Below, piece by piece: positions 44,762 through 53,747 of a stretch of 55,894 nt of DNA (the first letter of the stretch is position 1; the number at the start of each line of letters is the position of its first letter). Both the position numbers and the translations under genes were made by a program. Source of the stretch: Syntrophales bacterium (GTDB lineage Bacteria; Desulfobacterota; Syntrophia; Syntrophales; Fen-1087); the NCBI GenBank assembly GCA_030656035.1, contig JAUSOK010000168.1:1-55894 (forward strand), written 5' to 3'. The notes under the pieces were generated by a model. That model had not been told where the DNA came from. It was given only the letters and a program-made list of their open reading frames with translations, and made no database searches.

Positions 44762-46759
44762 TCACATAAAATAGTCAAAATCCTCTTCTCTGCGCAGACG
44801 TCGATGCACCCGAAAAATAGATGCCGGCATAACTGCAGGATTGATTTCGAAAAAATTTCTCTCTCCTTGCCACAGGTGCTTATCATTGCTGATGAGATCA
44901 TGTACCAGATAGGTCTGCGCGGGGTCAATGCCCAGCTTGCCGAGGGGTATGGTCAGCCACCCGGCTTGTGCATGGAAGGGGTCAAGGTTAACCACCACCA
45001 GAATGATATTGGAGAGATCCGGGGTTGCCTTTCCATAGAACAGGAGATAATCATTATCCACATCGTAAAATTGCAGGTTCCAGGTAGTCTGCAGTGCCGG
45101 ATTTTCCCGCCTGATTTTGTTGATCCGGGCAATGAGTTCCCTGATGGTTCCCGGTTTATTCCAATCCCAGTGCTTGATTTCGAATTTTTCAGAATCCAGG
45201 TACTCTTCTTTGCCTGGAAGCGCATCGGTAATACACTGCTCAAACGAAGGGCTAAAGATACCATAGCTTGAAGAAAGAGTTGCTGCAAGGACCAGTTTTA
45301 TCAGGAACGCTGGAGGTCCTCCATATTGGAGAAATTCCGGGAGAATATCGGGAGTGTTCGGCCAGAAATTGGGCCGGAAATACTCCCTGCATTCGGTTTG
45401 TGTAAGTTCGGTCAGATAGTCGGTTATTTCACGCTTCGTGTTTCTCCAGGTGAAGTAGGTGTAAGACTGGGTAAACCCTGCCTTGGCGAGGCGGGACATC
45501 ACCTTGGGTCGGGTGAAAGCCTCTGCAAGGAAAATAACCTCAGGGCAGGCCTGCTTTATTTCTTTTATCAGCCAGTCCCAGAACGCAAACGGTTTGGTAT
45601 GAGGATTATCTACTCTGAATATCCGCACCCCTTGTTCTATCCAGAACAAAATAATACTTCTTAATTCCTCCCGGAGATCCTGCCAGTTTTCCGTTTCAAA
45701 ATGGAAGGGAACGATATCCTCATACTTTTTAGGGGGGTTTTCTGCAAACTGCACAGTTCCGTCAGGCCGCTTTTTAAACCATTCAGGATGCTCTGTAAGG
45801 TAGGGGTGGTCCGGTGAGCATTGATAGGCAATATCAAGAGCTATTTCAATTCCATGTGTACCGGCCTCCTTGACCAGTTGCCTGAAATCATCAAGGGCGC
45901 CCAGTGACGGTTCAACAGCTTTATGGCCGCCGTCCGCGGAGCCGATAGCCCAAGGACTGCCGGGATCATGCTGTTCTGATGCGGGAGTATTATTTTTTCC
46001 TTTCCGGTTTACCTTCCCGATGGGGTGTATCGGGGGAAAATACAGTACATCAAACCCCAATTTCGCTATTTCCGGGAGCAGGCGTGCGCAGTCCCTGAAC
46101 GTTCCCGGCATTTGCGGGTCCGCGCTGCAGGAACGGGGGAAAATTTCATACCAGGTACTGAACAGAGCCTTTGTTCTGTCGACGGTAACGGCAAGGGTTT
46201 TAGCATAGGATGCTGTGTAGGTTTTATCAGGATATGCCGCCATAAGGCGTGTTATCTCCTGATCAAGGGCACAGGAAAGGCCCTGCGAAGGATCCGATCC
46301 GGCCCGTATCAGACGGGCATATTCTCTGAGCTTTTTTTCATCCTCACGCGTTGCCCGCTCTGCAGCCCCTTCAATATATTCAGCTCCGATGAGCAAATCA
46401 ACCCGGATATCCTGTCCTGCGTTTGCCTTTTTCTGTACATCCCGCTGCCAGGTATGGAAATGGTCAACCCATGCCTGCAGGGTATAGTAGTAATTGCACA
46501 TCTCACGTATGTAAAACATTTCCTCCCATCGATCATTTCCTATGTGCCTCATGGATAGTTCATTCCAGCTTTTTTCACGGGCTGTGCGGTACAATAATAT
46601 CGCCGAGACAGCATCGTGACCGTCGGCAAATATATCTGCCTGGACAACAACCGGCTCGCCGATAGTCCGCTTGATAGGAAAGCGACCGTCATCAATTTCC
46701 GGCGTTACCGCTTCTATTGCCACGCGTATCCTGCCGTTTATTTCAGCACTCTGTTTCAT
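44762..46759 (-). CDS. glgE: Alpha-1,4-glucan:maltose-1-phosphate maltosyltransferase
   Basis: A 665-aa ORF with an N-terminal GRFPIKR motif, YFPPIHPIG, FRVDNPHTKP, FLAEAFTRP and FFRPNFWPNTPDIL. Confidence 0.9.
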   Translation of the reverse strand: MKQSAEINGRIRVAIEAVTPEIDDGRFPIKRTIGEPVVVQADIFADGHDAVSAILLYRTAREKSWNELSMRHIGNDRWEEMFYIREMCNYYYTLQAWVDHFHTWQRDVQKKANAGQDIRVDLLIGAEYIEGAAERATREDEKKLREYARLIRAGSDPSQGLSCALDQEITRLMAAYPDKTYTASYAKTLAVTVDRTKALFSTWYEIFPRSCSADPQMPGTFRDCARLLPEIAKLGFDVLYFPPIHPIGKVNRKGKNNTPASEQHDPGSPWAIGSADGGHKAVEPSLGALDDFRQLVKEAGTHGIEIALDIAYQCSPDHPYLTEHPEWFKKRPDGTVQFAENPPKKYEDIVPFHFETENWQDLREELRSIILFWIEQGVRIFRVDNPHTKPFAFWDWLIKEIKQACPEVIFLAEAFTRPKVMSRLAKAGFTQSYTYFTWRNTKREITDYLTELTQTECREYFRPNFWPNTPDILPEFLQYGGPPAFLIKLVLAATLSSSYGIFSPSFEQCITDALPGKEEYLDSEKFEIKHWDWNKPGTIRELIARINKIRRENPALQTTWNLQFYDVDNDYLLFYGKATPDLSNIILVVVNLDPFHAQAGWLTIPLGKLGIDPAQTYLVHDLISNDKHLWQGERNFFEINPAVMPASIFRVHRRLRREEDFDYFM

Positions 46760-46815
46760 ACTGCCCCCTCTTACATGAAAATATTGACCGGCAGACCCGG
46801 TGCACAGGGAATTCC

Positions 46816-48339
46816 TTAACGGTCATCCTGATGGCTTTCCTGTGCCCGTCCATAAGTACAGGTCAATTTTTTTAACCATTCTGTGTGAACCGTGGTTAAC
46901 TGCTCTGGTAGAAAACGCCATTGCCAGTTGCCCAGTGCTATCGCGGGACGATTCATCTGCGCTTCCTGCCCCAGTCCCAGCACATCCTGCAAAGGAATAA
47001 TAACCGTGTCGGCAACCGACATCATGGCAAGACGGATGAACTCCTCATGCACGTTTGCACTGGTAACATTTTTCCCCATGTAGCGGCACAGTCTTGCTTT
47101 GTCCGGGGGCGCCGCTTCATTTTCAAACCAGCCCTTTACCGTATTGTTGTCATGCGTCCCCGTATACGCGATACAGTTTGGAATATAATTATGGGGCAGG
47201 TACGGATGAGCCGGCAAATCCTCTCCAAACGCAAACAGCAGAACCCGCATTCCGGGAAATCCAAGGCGGTTTATGATTTCTTTCACATCGTCGGTTATCA
47301 GTCCCAGATCCTCGGCAATAATGGGAACGGCGGGAAATGCTTCCTTGACCGTGGCAAAAAAATCAACGGCCGGCGCCTCCTCCCAGCGCCCGTTAAGAGC
47401 AGTTGTCTCGGTTGCCGGAACTTCCCAAAATGCTACAAAACCCCTGAAGTGGTCAATGCGCACCACATCAAAAAGGCTGAGGTTATGGGCAAGCCGTTGT
47501 ATCCACCAGCGGTACCCGGTCTTCTGAAGTACGTCCCAGCGGTAAACCGGATTTCCCCAGAGCTGACCGGTTGCGCTGAAATAGTCAGGCGGCACACCGG
47601 CGATGCTGAGCGGCAGTTTGTTCTTATCCAGTTTGAAGAGGTCTGTATGTGTCCAGACATCGGCGCTGTCATAGCTGACATAGATGGGTATATCGCCAAT
47701 GAGTTTTATGCCCTTCCTATTGCAATAATTTTTCAAAGAATGCCACTGTTTGAAAAACAGATACTGAAGAAATTTCTCCCGTTCAATGGCTTCTTGAAAG
47801 TCTCTATTTATAGTTTCGATACTTTCTCTATCCCTGTCTCTAAACCCTGCCTCCCATTCCTGCCAGACTCTTTCCTGATGCTGATTTTTAATCACTGTAA
47901 ACAGGGCAGTATCCTCAAGCCACTCCCGGTTTTGTGCACAGAATTCTTCGCAGGCTTTCTTTTCGTCACCATGGTGCTTGAAATGCTCAAACGCACGGTT
48001 AAAGAGCCTTCCCTTGTAGGGTATTGCCGATGCATAATCGGTGCGCTCAGCCGTAAAGGAAGGTTTGTGCGCTACATCATCAGGCGACAGCAGCCCTTGC
48101 TCTACCAGAAGTTCAGGGCTTATGAGGAGGGTATTGCCGGCAAATGCAGAGATACTGCTGTACGGAGAATTACCACATGCCAGATCAGTGGGATTAAGCG
48201 GCAGTATCTGCCAGTAGCTCTGGTTTGTCTGGGAAAGAAAATCAGCAAACCGGTATGCCCAGGGTCCCAGGTCACCGATACCAAACGGTGAAGGAAGTGA
48301 TGTTATATGAAGAAGAATGCCGCTGCCTCGTTTATTCAT
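46816..48339 (-). CDS. malQ: 4-alpha-glucanotransferase (amylomaltase, GH77)
   Basis: MNKRGSGILLHITSLPSPFGIGDLG, RIDHFRGF, IIAEDLG and YTGTHDNNT. I prefer the ATG at 48339 (weak GGAAAG SD) over the ATG at 48351. Confidence 0.88.
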   Translation of the reverse strand: MNKRGSGILLHITSLPSPFGIGDLGPWAYRFADFLSQTNQSYWQILPLNPTDLACGNSPYSSISAFAGNTLLISPELLVEQGLLSPDDVAHKPSFTAERTDYASAIPYKGRLFNRAFEHFKHHGDEKKACEEFCAQNREWLEDTALFTVIKNQHQERVWQEWEAGFRDRDRESIETINRDFQEAIEREKFLQYLFFKQWHSLKNYCNRKGIKLIGDIPIYVSYDSADVWTHTDLFKLDKNKLPLSIAGVPPDYFSATGQLWGNPVYRWDVLQKTGYRWWIQRLAHNLSLFDVVRIDHFRGFVAFWEVPATETTALNGRWEEAPAVDFFATVKEAFPAVPIIAEDLGLITDDVKEIINRLGFPGMRVLLFAFGEDLPAHPYLPHNYIPNCIAYTGTHDNNTVKGWFENEAAPPDKARLCRYMGKNVTSANVHEEFIRLAMMSVADTVIIPLQDVLGLGQEAQMNRPAIALGNWQWRFLPEQLTTVHTEWLKKLTCTYGRAQESHQDDR

Positions 48340-48362
48340 GATTCTTTCCATGTATCAGTAAT

Positions 48363-48544
48363 GACGAACTCGTAAAAAGTAGAAAAATGAGCCCCTCTCG
48401 ACGGCTTCGTAAAAAGCTCCGCAGGCAAGGCGCATGGGGACATGACAGAGTCGTGTCCCCATCCAAGTGAGGCATACTTAGGCGTATGCCGCAACGACGA
48501 AGGATGAAGCGCAACGCAGCATCCGGGCTTTTTACGAAGCCGTC
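48363..48544. mobile_element. MITE-like non-autonomous element, copy B (182 bp), flanked by the 6-bp direct repeat AGTAAT
   Basis: AGTAAT occurs at 48357..48362 and 48545..48550. Left end GACGAACTCGTAAAAAGTA matches the revcomp of the right end, GACGGCTTCGTAAAAAGCC, at 14/19 positions. The conserved arms match copy A. Internal hairpins are ATGGGGACA...TGTCCCCAT and GGCATAC-TTAGGC-GTATGCC. Confidence 0.7.
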
Positions 48545-51321
48545 AGTAATGCAACGGGGAAATGCTCCAACAGACTGCCAAGCAGAAGATTTCTCCCGCC
48601 GCTGATCTGTTGGCCGGTTATAGCATCCTGCCAGAATTCAGGTGCATTGTCCGGCAATACAATGCTGGTTTCCTGCCAAACCCGTTCACCCAATGGATAC
48701 ACCCCGGGTTGTACCAGCATGGTGAAAAACCGCGGTGCTACCGTGATGCTCCAGCGTTGATCATATGACCGTGCAAAGGCAATCACGCAATTTTTATGTT
48801 TTCCCTCTGCCATAAGCGGCAGGTATGTCCCTTTTTGGAATAGTTCTATTGCCTCATTGCGGGCTTTCAATGCACGGTAGATGAGAAAGAGTTTTATCCG
48901 TGCGTCTTCTTTGGCGGCCAATAATTCACTGACGAGTTCCAGGAGGTTTGTCTGTGCCCTGTGTATTATGTCCTGCAGCAGAGACTGCCGTTTTTTGAAA
49001 TCAACCGGACGGCGATTATCAGGATCAACAAGGTTTAATTCCCACAGCTCGGTTCCCTGGTAAAAATCCGGTATGCCCGGGCAGGTAATTTTCAACAACG
49101 TCTGCGCCAGGGAATTAAATATGCCATAGAATGCAATTTCTTGTTGAAAAGGGATAAATTCCCTGAGAAACTGGTTTTCGGCAGATGGGGTCAGGATATT
49201 TTCAACAAACGCACTGCATGCCTCTTCATAGACGGTGTCCGGTTTAATCCATGCAGTGTGGACTTTTGCCTCCCGTACGGCCTTTATTATATACTCTTTT
49301 ATCCGATCAGTGAAATGAGCTTGCCCACCATCAAACGGATATGCACCGATAAGGGTCTGGTAAAGCAGATACTCGTCATTTGCATCAGGGATATACTGGT
49401 TGTTTATTTTTCTTTTTTTCGCCCTGTTGATCTTACTCCACGATTTAATCTGTGCTTCCCACTCCCTGGTCAGTTCTGAGAGAACGTTGATGCGTGCCCT
49501 GACATCCTCGCCGCGCTTGGTATCATGGGTTGATGTGGCATTCATGGAGAGAGGAAATGTACGAAGTTTCCGTTCATTAAACCCATGGAATTCTTTTATT
49601 GAACAACCAAACAATTGAGGGTTGCTTCCGACCTCGTTCAGGGAAATAAGCCTGTTGTAAATATACAGAAAGGTGTCTTCAAAACCTTTAGCCATGAGTG
49701 GACCTGTGTATTGCTGGAAATTCATGGCAAACGCAACCCACTCTCTTTTATCTTCCTCAGGCAGTGAGCTGTCATACTGAAGGAGGAGGAACCTTTCAAT
49801 GAATGAGAGCTCATATATTAGTCCCGGGGTCTTTGTTTTTGCCTTCCGGATAGCATCTTTTATGTACGCCTGGTCAGCATCGCTGTTCAATTCATTACTG
49901 ATGTAGGTGCGGTAAACCGGGAAGTGTGCCATCACCTCCACCAGGGCTCTTCTGAGGCCATACAGGGTGATATCTCTGCCATGTCGGTCCTGGCTGGAGA
50001 TTTTTTTAATGAACTGGGCAAGGTTGTCAATATTGCCTGCCATATGTTTGCCGAGGATTAAGCGCTTTCGGTCACACAGGATATCCTCGTAATCAAAATA
50101 CCGGTCAATAAACCGTTTGTAAACAACACTCATTGCGGTCTTGTTATCCCTGTAGCAGAATATGCCGTTAACAATATTGAGAAAATCATAGCCGGTTGTT
50201 CCCTGAACCGGCCAGGTTGCGGGCAGACATTCTTTTGTTGCAAGAATTTTTTCCACGACCAGGTAACTATCCCCTGCCTTGTCCCGCAACCTTTTTAGAT
50301 AGGTTAGCGGATCATACAGCCCATCGATATGATCTATGCGTATCCCGTTAACATATCCTTCTGCAATAAGCCTGAATATAAGGGCATGGGTATGCTCAAA
50401 GACTGTCTCATCTTCCACCCGTAACGATATAAGATCATTGACGGTGAAAAATCTCCGGTAGTTAATTTCTTCCGCTGCTACCTTCCAGAATGAGAGTCTG
50501 AACAACTGTTTGGAAATGAACCGGTCCAGCTCATTGAAGCTTTCCGGCGCTCCGGTGCTGCCGTTATAAAAGGCTATATTTTCATCAATGAATTGCTTGA
50601 TGATCGAATTTTCACAATACTGATTCCAGACCATTTTCTTTGCATGGGACATCTGGGAAGTAAAACTATCAATCGCTTGTGAAGATGTTAATGTTTTAAG
50701 AAGCTGCAGGGCGCCGAGAAGTTTTATAAAATCAGACTGCTGTCCGGAAAGACGCTGCTCAAGGATATTGAGATTATGCTCAAACACCTCTGCATATGAT
50801 TCTATCCTGCACGGAAACCTGAGATTATAATACCTGATGCTCAGATTCCCGTCAGCATATTGCAACGTTATTTCTCCACTTTCAAGGCATTCAGCATAAA
50901 ATTTACCCAGAAACGGAGCAAGCAGCCTGCCTTTCATGCTTTCATCGGTGTGATTCCAATCAATGTCAAAATAATGAAAATACGGTGAGCGCTCTCCATG
51001 TTCCAGTACATCCGCGAGCAGACTATTGTCAGAATCGAATGCCATATGATTGGGCACAATATCCTGCAGCCAGAACATGCCGCGTTTTTCCACTTCTGCT
51101 CGCAGCTGCCGTAAGTCATCATACCCCCCGCAATCACAATTAACCTGAAGGGGATCCACAATGTCATACCCGTGGGCGCTGCCTGGTCTTGCTTTAAAAA
51201 CAGGTGATGCATACACGTGTGAAATACCCGATGCCGCAAGATACGGAATAACTTCCGCTGCTTCTTTGAATTTAAAAGCCCGGTTAAACTGAAGGCGGTA
51301 TGTTGCAGATGGTATGATCAT
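48532..51321 (-). CDS. treY: Malto-oligosyltrehalose synthase; the last codons and the stop are supplied by the MITE terminal repeat
   Basis: A 929-aa ORF starting TYRLQFNRAFKFKEAAEVIPYLAASGISHVYASP, with IRIDHIDGLYDP and ATSTHDTKRGEDVR. The 3' terminal 13 nt (48532..48544) lie inside element copy B. Confidence 0.88.
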   Translation of the reverse strand: MIIPSATYRLQFNRAFKFKEAAEVIPYLAASGISHVYASPVFKARPGSAHGYDIVDPLQVNCDCGGYDDLRQLRAEVEKRGMFWLQDIVPNHMAFDSDNSLLADVLEHGERSPYFHYFDIDWNHTDESMKGRLLAPFLGKFYAECLESGEITLQYADGNLSIRYYNLRFPCRIESYAEVFEHNLNILEQRLSGQQSDFIKLLGALQLLKTLTSSQAIDSFTSQMSHAKKMVWNQYCENSIIKQFIDENIAFYNGSTGAPESFNELDRFISKQLFRLSFWKVAAEEINYRRFFTVNDLISLRVEDETVFEHTHALIFRLIAEGYVNGIRIDHIDGLYDPLTYLKRLRDKAGDSYLVVEKILATKECLPATWPVQGTTGYDFLNIVNGIFCYRDNKTAMSVVYKRFIDRYFDYEDILCDRKRLILGKHMAGNIDNLAQFIKKISSQDRHGRDITLYGLRRALVEVMAHFPVYRTYISNELNSDADQAYIKDAIRKAKTKTPGLIYELSFIERFLLLQYDSSLPEEDKREWVAFAMNFQQYTGPLMAKGFEDTFLYIYNRLISLNEVGSNPQLFGCSIKEFHGFNERKLRTFPLSMNATSTHDTKRGEDVRARINVLSELTREWEAQIKSWSKINRAKKRKINNQYIPDANDEYLLYQTLIGAYPFDGGQAHFTDRIKEYIIKAVREAKVHTAWIKPDTVYEEACSAFVENILTPSAENQFLREFIPFQQEIAFYGIFNSLAQTLLKITCPGIPDFYQGTELWELNLVDPDNRRPVDFKKRQSLLQDIIHRAQTNLLELVSELLAAKEDARIKLFLIYRALKARNEAIELFQKGTYLPLMAEGKHKNCVIAFARSYDQRWSITVAPRFFTMLVQPGVYPLGERVWQETSIVLPDNAPEFWQDAITGQQISGGRNLLLGSLLEHFPVALLTAS

Positions 51322-53747
51322 CAGCCAATCCGTACCTTGAGATAATCACCGAGCAAGGCGAAGTTCTTAAGCCAATCCTGCGCTTCTGTTTTGTGTGTTG
51401 CTGCTTGTTTCTGCATTTCAGTCATCAGCCTTTTTCCTATTGAAAAATATATGTTCTGCGAGCGCCACAGGTCAAGTTTCAGGTCAAGCACCCCCATCGT
51501 TTTCAGTAAATTAATCACCTGTTGCATTATAAGAAGATTATCCGGGGATGTGGACAAGTCTTCCATACATGAGTCAATCCTCCGGGTAATAATTAAACTG
51601 ATCTGCGGCCTATCAAACTCAATGGCCCAGCGCTTTGCCTCATGAACCAATCTTTGCAGTTTATCATAATTGCTTTCTCTGTTTTCTATAAAGGAGCGGA
51701 TATCAGTATTGACTACAAACTCCAGTATTGCCGAAAAATATTTGGGCAGGGGGATGTTGAGACCTTCAAGAGCGAGCATAATGGGATAGTGATGCTCATA
51801 AAGCTGGCGAAAAGCATTTTCCGTTTCGGTTCGCGCCTGAGCAAAAATCTGATAAATGATTTCGCGCTGCTCATTTTTAAACAGGTGCCAGAGGGAATAA
51901 TTATGTGTTTTAAAGTGGTTATCTATGCGCAAGATCACCTCGGAGAGTTCACCCCTCATGAACTTTTCATGTATGTCGTCGTGCATCTGTGAGAACGCTT
52001 CTTCCCCCATATATTCCCGGGCTCCCCCGATAATGTTATGATCACCAAGATGCAGCACGGCAAAGCTTACCTCATTCTTTTCCAGGGTGATCGTTGACCG
52101 AACAAGAGCGCGTCCGATGGCTAACCGCTGCTTTCCCAGTTCCATCCGGTCATAAACCAGGCGCTTTGTTTCATAGGTATAAATGGTTTCGTGCTCTGAA
52201 TAATCTCTGAACAGGGAGGATACGGCATAGTGGACGGCAACCCTCAGGAGATCAAGTACTGAAGGCTTGACAGACATCTCATAAATTTTTGCCCCGTGCC
52301 CAAAATCAGGGATATTGCTGGGTGCTTTTTCGAGCAAATTAACAAATACCTCTTCAAGTGATATTCCGGCAATCTTCTTCGCAAGCTGAAGCGACCGTGC
52401 GGCGTACTGCAATACCTGAACAGTCTCGATCCCGGAGATCTCGTCAAAGAACCAGCCACAACTGGTGTACATAAGCATCGCGTTCCGCTGCATTTCTAAG
52501 AGTTTAAGGATGGAGACCTTTTCCTCGGGTGTTATTTCCTTCTTCAAATGTTGGGAAAGAAATCGTTCAGTGTTTTCATCTGAACGGTTAAGAATAACAT
52601 CTATGTAACCATCTCTTGCACCCCAGGGATCATTAACAAAACGGATCATATAGTCTTCATACAGCAGCAACAGATTGTCTCTGAGCCAATCCATTGCACC
52701 ACGCAGGGGCGCCCGCCAGTCCTGATTCCATCCCTGATGCATCCCTGAATTACATCCGCAATTGGTTTTCCATCGCTCAACACCGTGTATGCAGCTCCAT
52801 GAAGAATTTTCAATAATTTCCACTTCATGGGTTGGAGGATATTTTTCAAGGTATTCGCCATAAATGGTGATTTTGGCAAAATTCTGGGCCTCTAAATAAT
52901 AGAGTCCGTAGGCTAACGCCATGTCACCGTGGCGGTGATGGTGGCCATAGGTTTCTCCGTCTGTTGCAAAATGGACCAGCTGCGGCGCGTCATCATTATC
53001 AGAAAATGTTGAAACCAGACGGCGGGCAAACTGTTCACCATTGTCTAACAGACTGTTGAAAGCTATTTCTTGTGATACGGGGCCATCATAAAAAAATATG
53101 TTGATGCTTCGCCCCGACGGGAGAATGCAGCGGTACGGCATTTTTGGATTTATCCGTGCCCCGTTTACATCATGCCGTTTTTTTTCACCAATCTTTCTGA
53201 TTCTGCTGGCCTGATTCGGCGCGAGGATGGTGAAGGCAATGTTATGTTCCGCCAGTATATCCAGGGTTTCCAGATCAACAGCAGTCTCCGCGAGCCACAT
53301 TCCTTCCGGCTTTCGTTGAAAGCGGTGCTCAAAATCCTTAATTCCCCAGATGATTTGTGTACGCTTATCCCTGCTGTTGGCTAGCGGCATAATAATGTGG
53401 TTATAGACCTGAGCAATGGATGAGCCGTGGCCTGAAAATCGCTTCTGGCTTATTTTATCTGCCTGGAGTATGGCCTGGTAAATTTCAGGCTGATGCTTTT
53501 CCATCCATGAAAGCAGGGTGGGGCCGAAGTTGAAACTTATTTTTGAATAGTTATTGACTATATCAATAATTCTCCGATCAGGATCAAGAATGCGAGAAGC
53601 TGTATTTGGTGCATAGCATTCCGCGGTAATCTTGCTGTTCCAGTCATGGTAAGGATAGGCGGAATCCTGTATTTCGATCTCTTCCAGCCAGGGGTTTTCC
53701 CGCGGCGGCTGGTAAAAATGTCCATGAATGCAAATATGACGGTTCAT
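51321..53747 (-). CDS. GH57 family glycoside hydrolase with a long C-terminal DUF3536-like extension
   Basis: The start MNRHICIHGHFYQPPRENPW (ATG at 53747) overlaps the treZ stop as ATGA. GH57 catalytic regions are GMWLAETAVD (nucleophile Glu) and FATDGETYGHH (acid/base Asp). A helical C-terminal region of about 400 aa follows. The 34-aa upstream extension in the ORF track is unlikely to be real. Confidence 0.8.
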   Translation of the reverse strand: MNRHICIHGHFYQPPRENPWLEEIEIQDSAYPYHDWNSKITAECYAPNTASRILDPDRRIIDIVNNYSKISFNFGPTLLSWMEKHQPEIYQAILQADKISQKRFSGHGSSIAQVYNHIIMPLANSRDKRTQIIWGIKDFEHRFQRKPEGMWLAETAVDLETLDILAEHNIAFTILAPNQASRIRKIGEKKRHDVNGARINPKMPYRCILPSGRSINIFFYDGPVSQEIAFNSLLDNGEQFARRLVSTFSDNDDAPQLVHFATDGETYGHHHRHGDMALAYGLYYLEAQNFAKITIYGEYLEKYPPTHEVEIIENSSWSCIHGVERWKTNCGCNSGMHQGWNQDWRAPLRGAMDWLRDNLLLLYEDYMIRFVNDPWGARDGYIDVILNRSDENTERFLSQHLKKEITPEEKVSILKLLEMQRNAMLMYTSCGWFFDEISGIETVQVLQYAARSLQLAKKIAGISLEEVFVNLLEKAPSNIPDFGHGAKIYEMSVKPSVLDLLRVAVHYAVSSLFRDYSEHETIYTYETKRLVYDRMELGKQRLAIGRALVRSTITLEKNEVSFAVLHLGDHNIIGGAREYMGEEAFSQMHDDIHEKFMRGELSEVILRIDNHFKTHNYSLWHLFKNEQREIIYQIFAQARTETENAFRQLYEHHYPIMLALEGLNIPLPKYFSAILEFVVNTDIRSFIENRESNYDKLQRLVHEAKRWAIEFDRPQISLIITRRIDSCMEDLSTSPDNLLIMQQVINLLKTMGVLDLKLDLWRSQNIYFSIGKRLMTEMQKQAATHKTEAQDWLKNFALLGDYLKVRIG

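Noticed and set aside
48332-48514. 60-aa ORF inside and after MITE copy B as a real gene
   Set aside because: Most of it is read from the repeat element. Only its last 9 or so codons are meaningful, as the displaced original tail of treY (see the finding on copy B).
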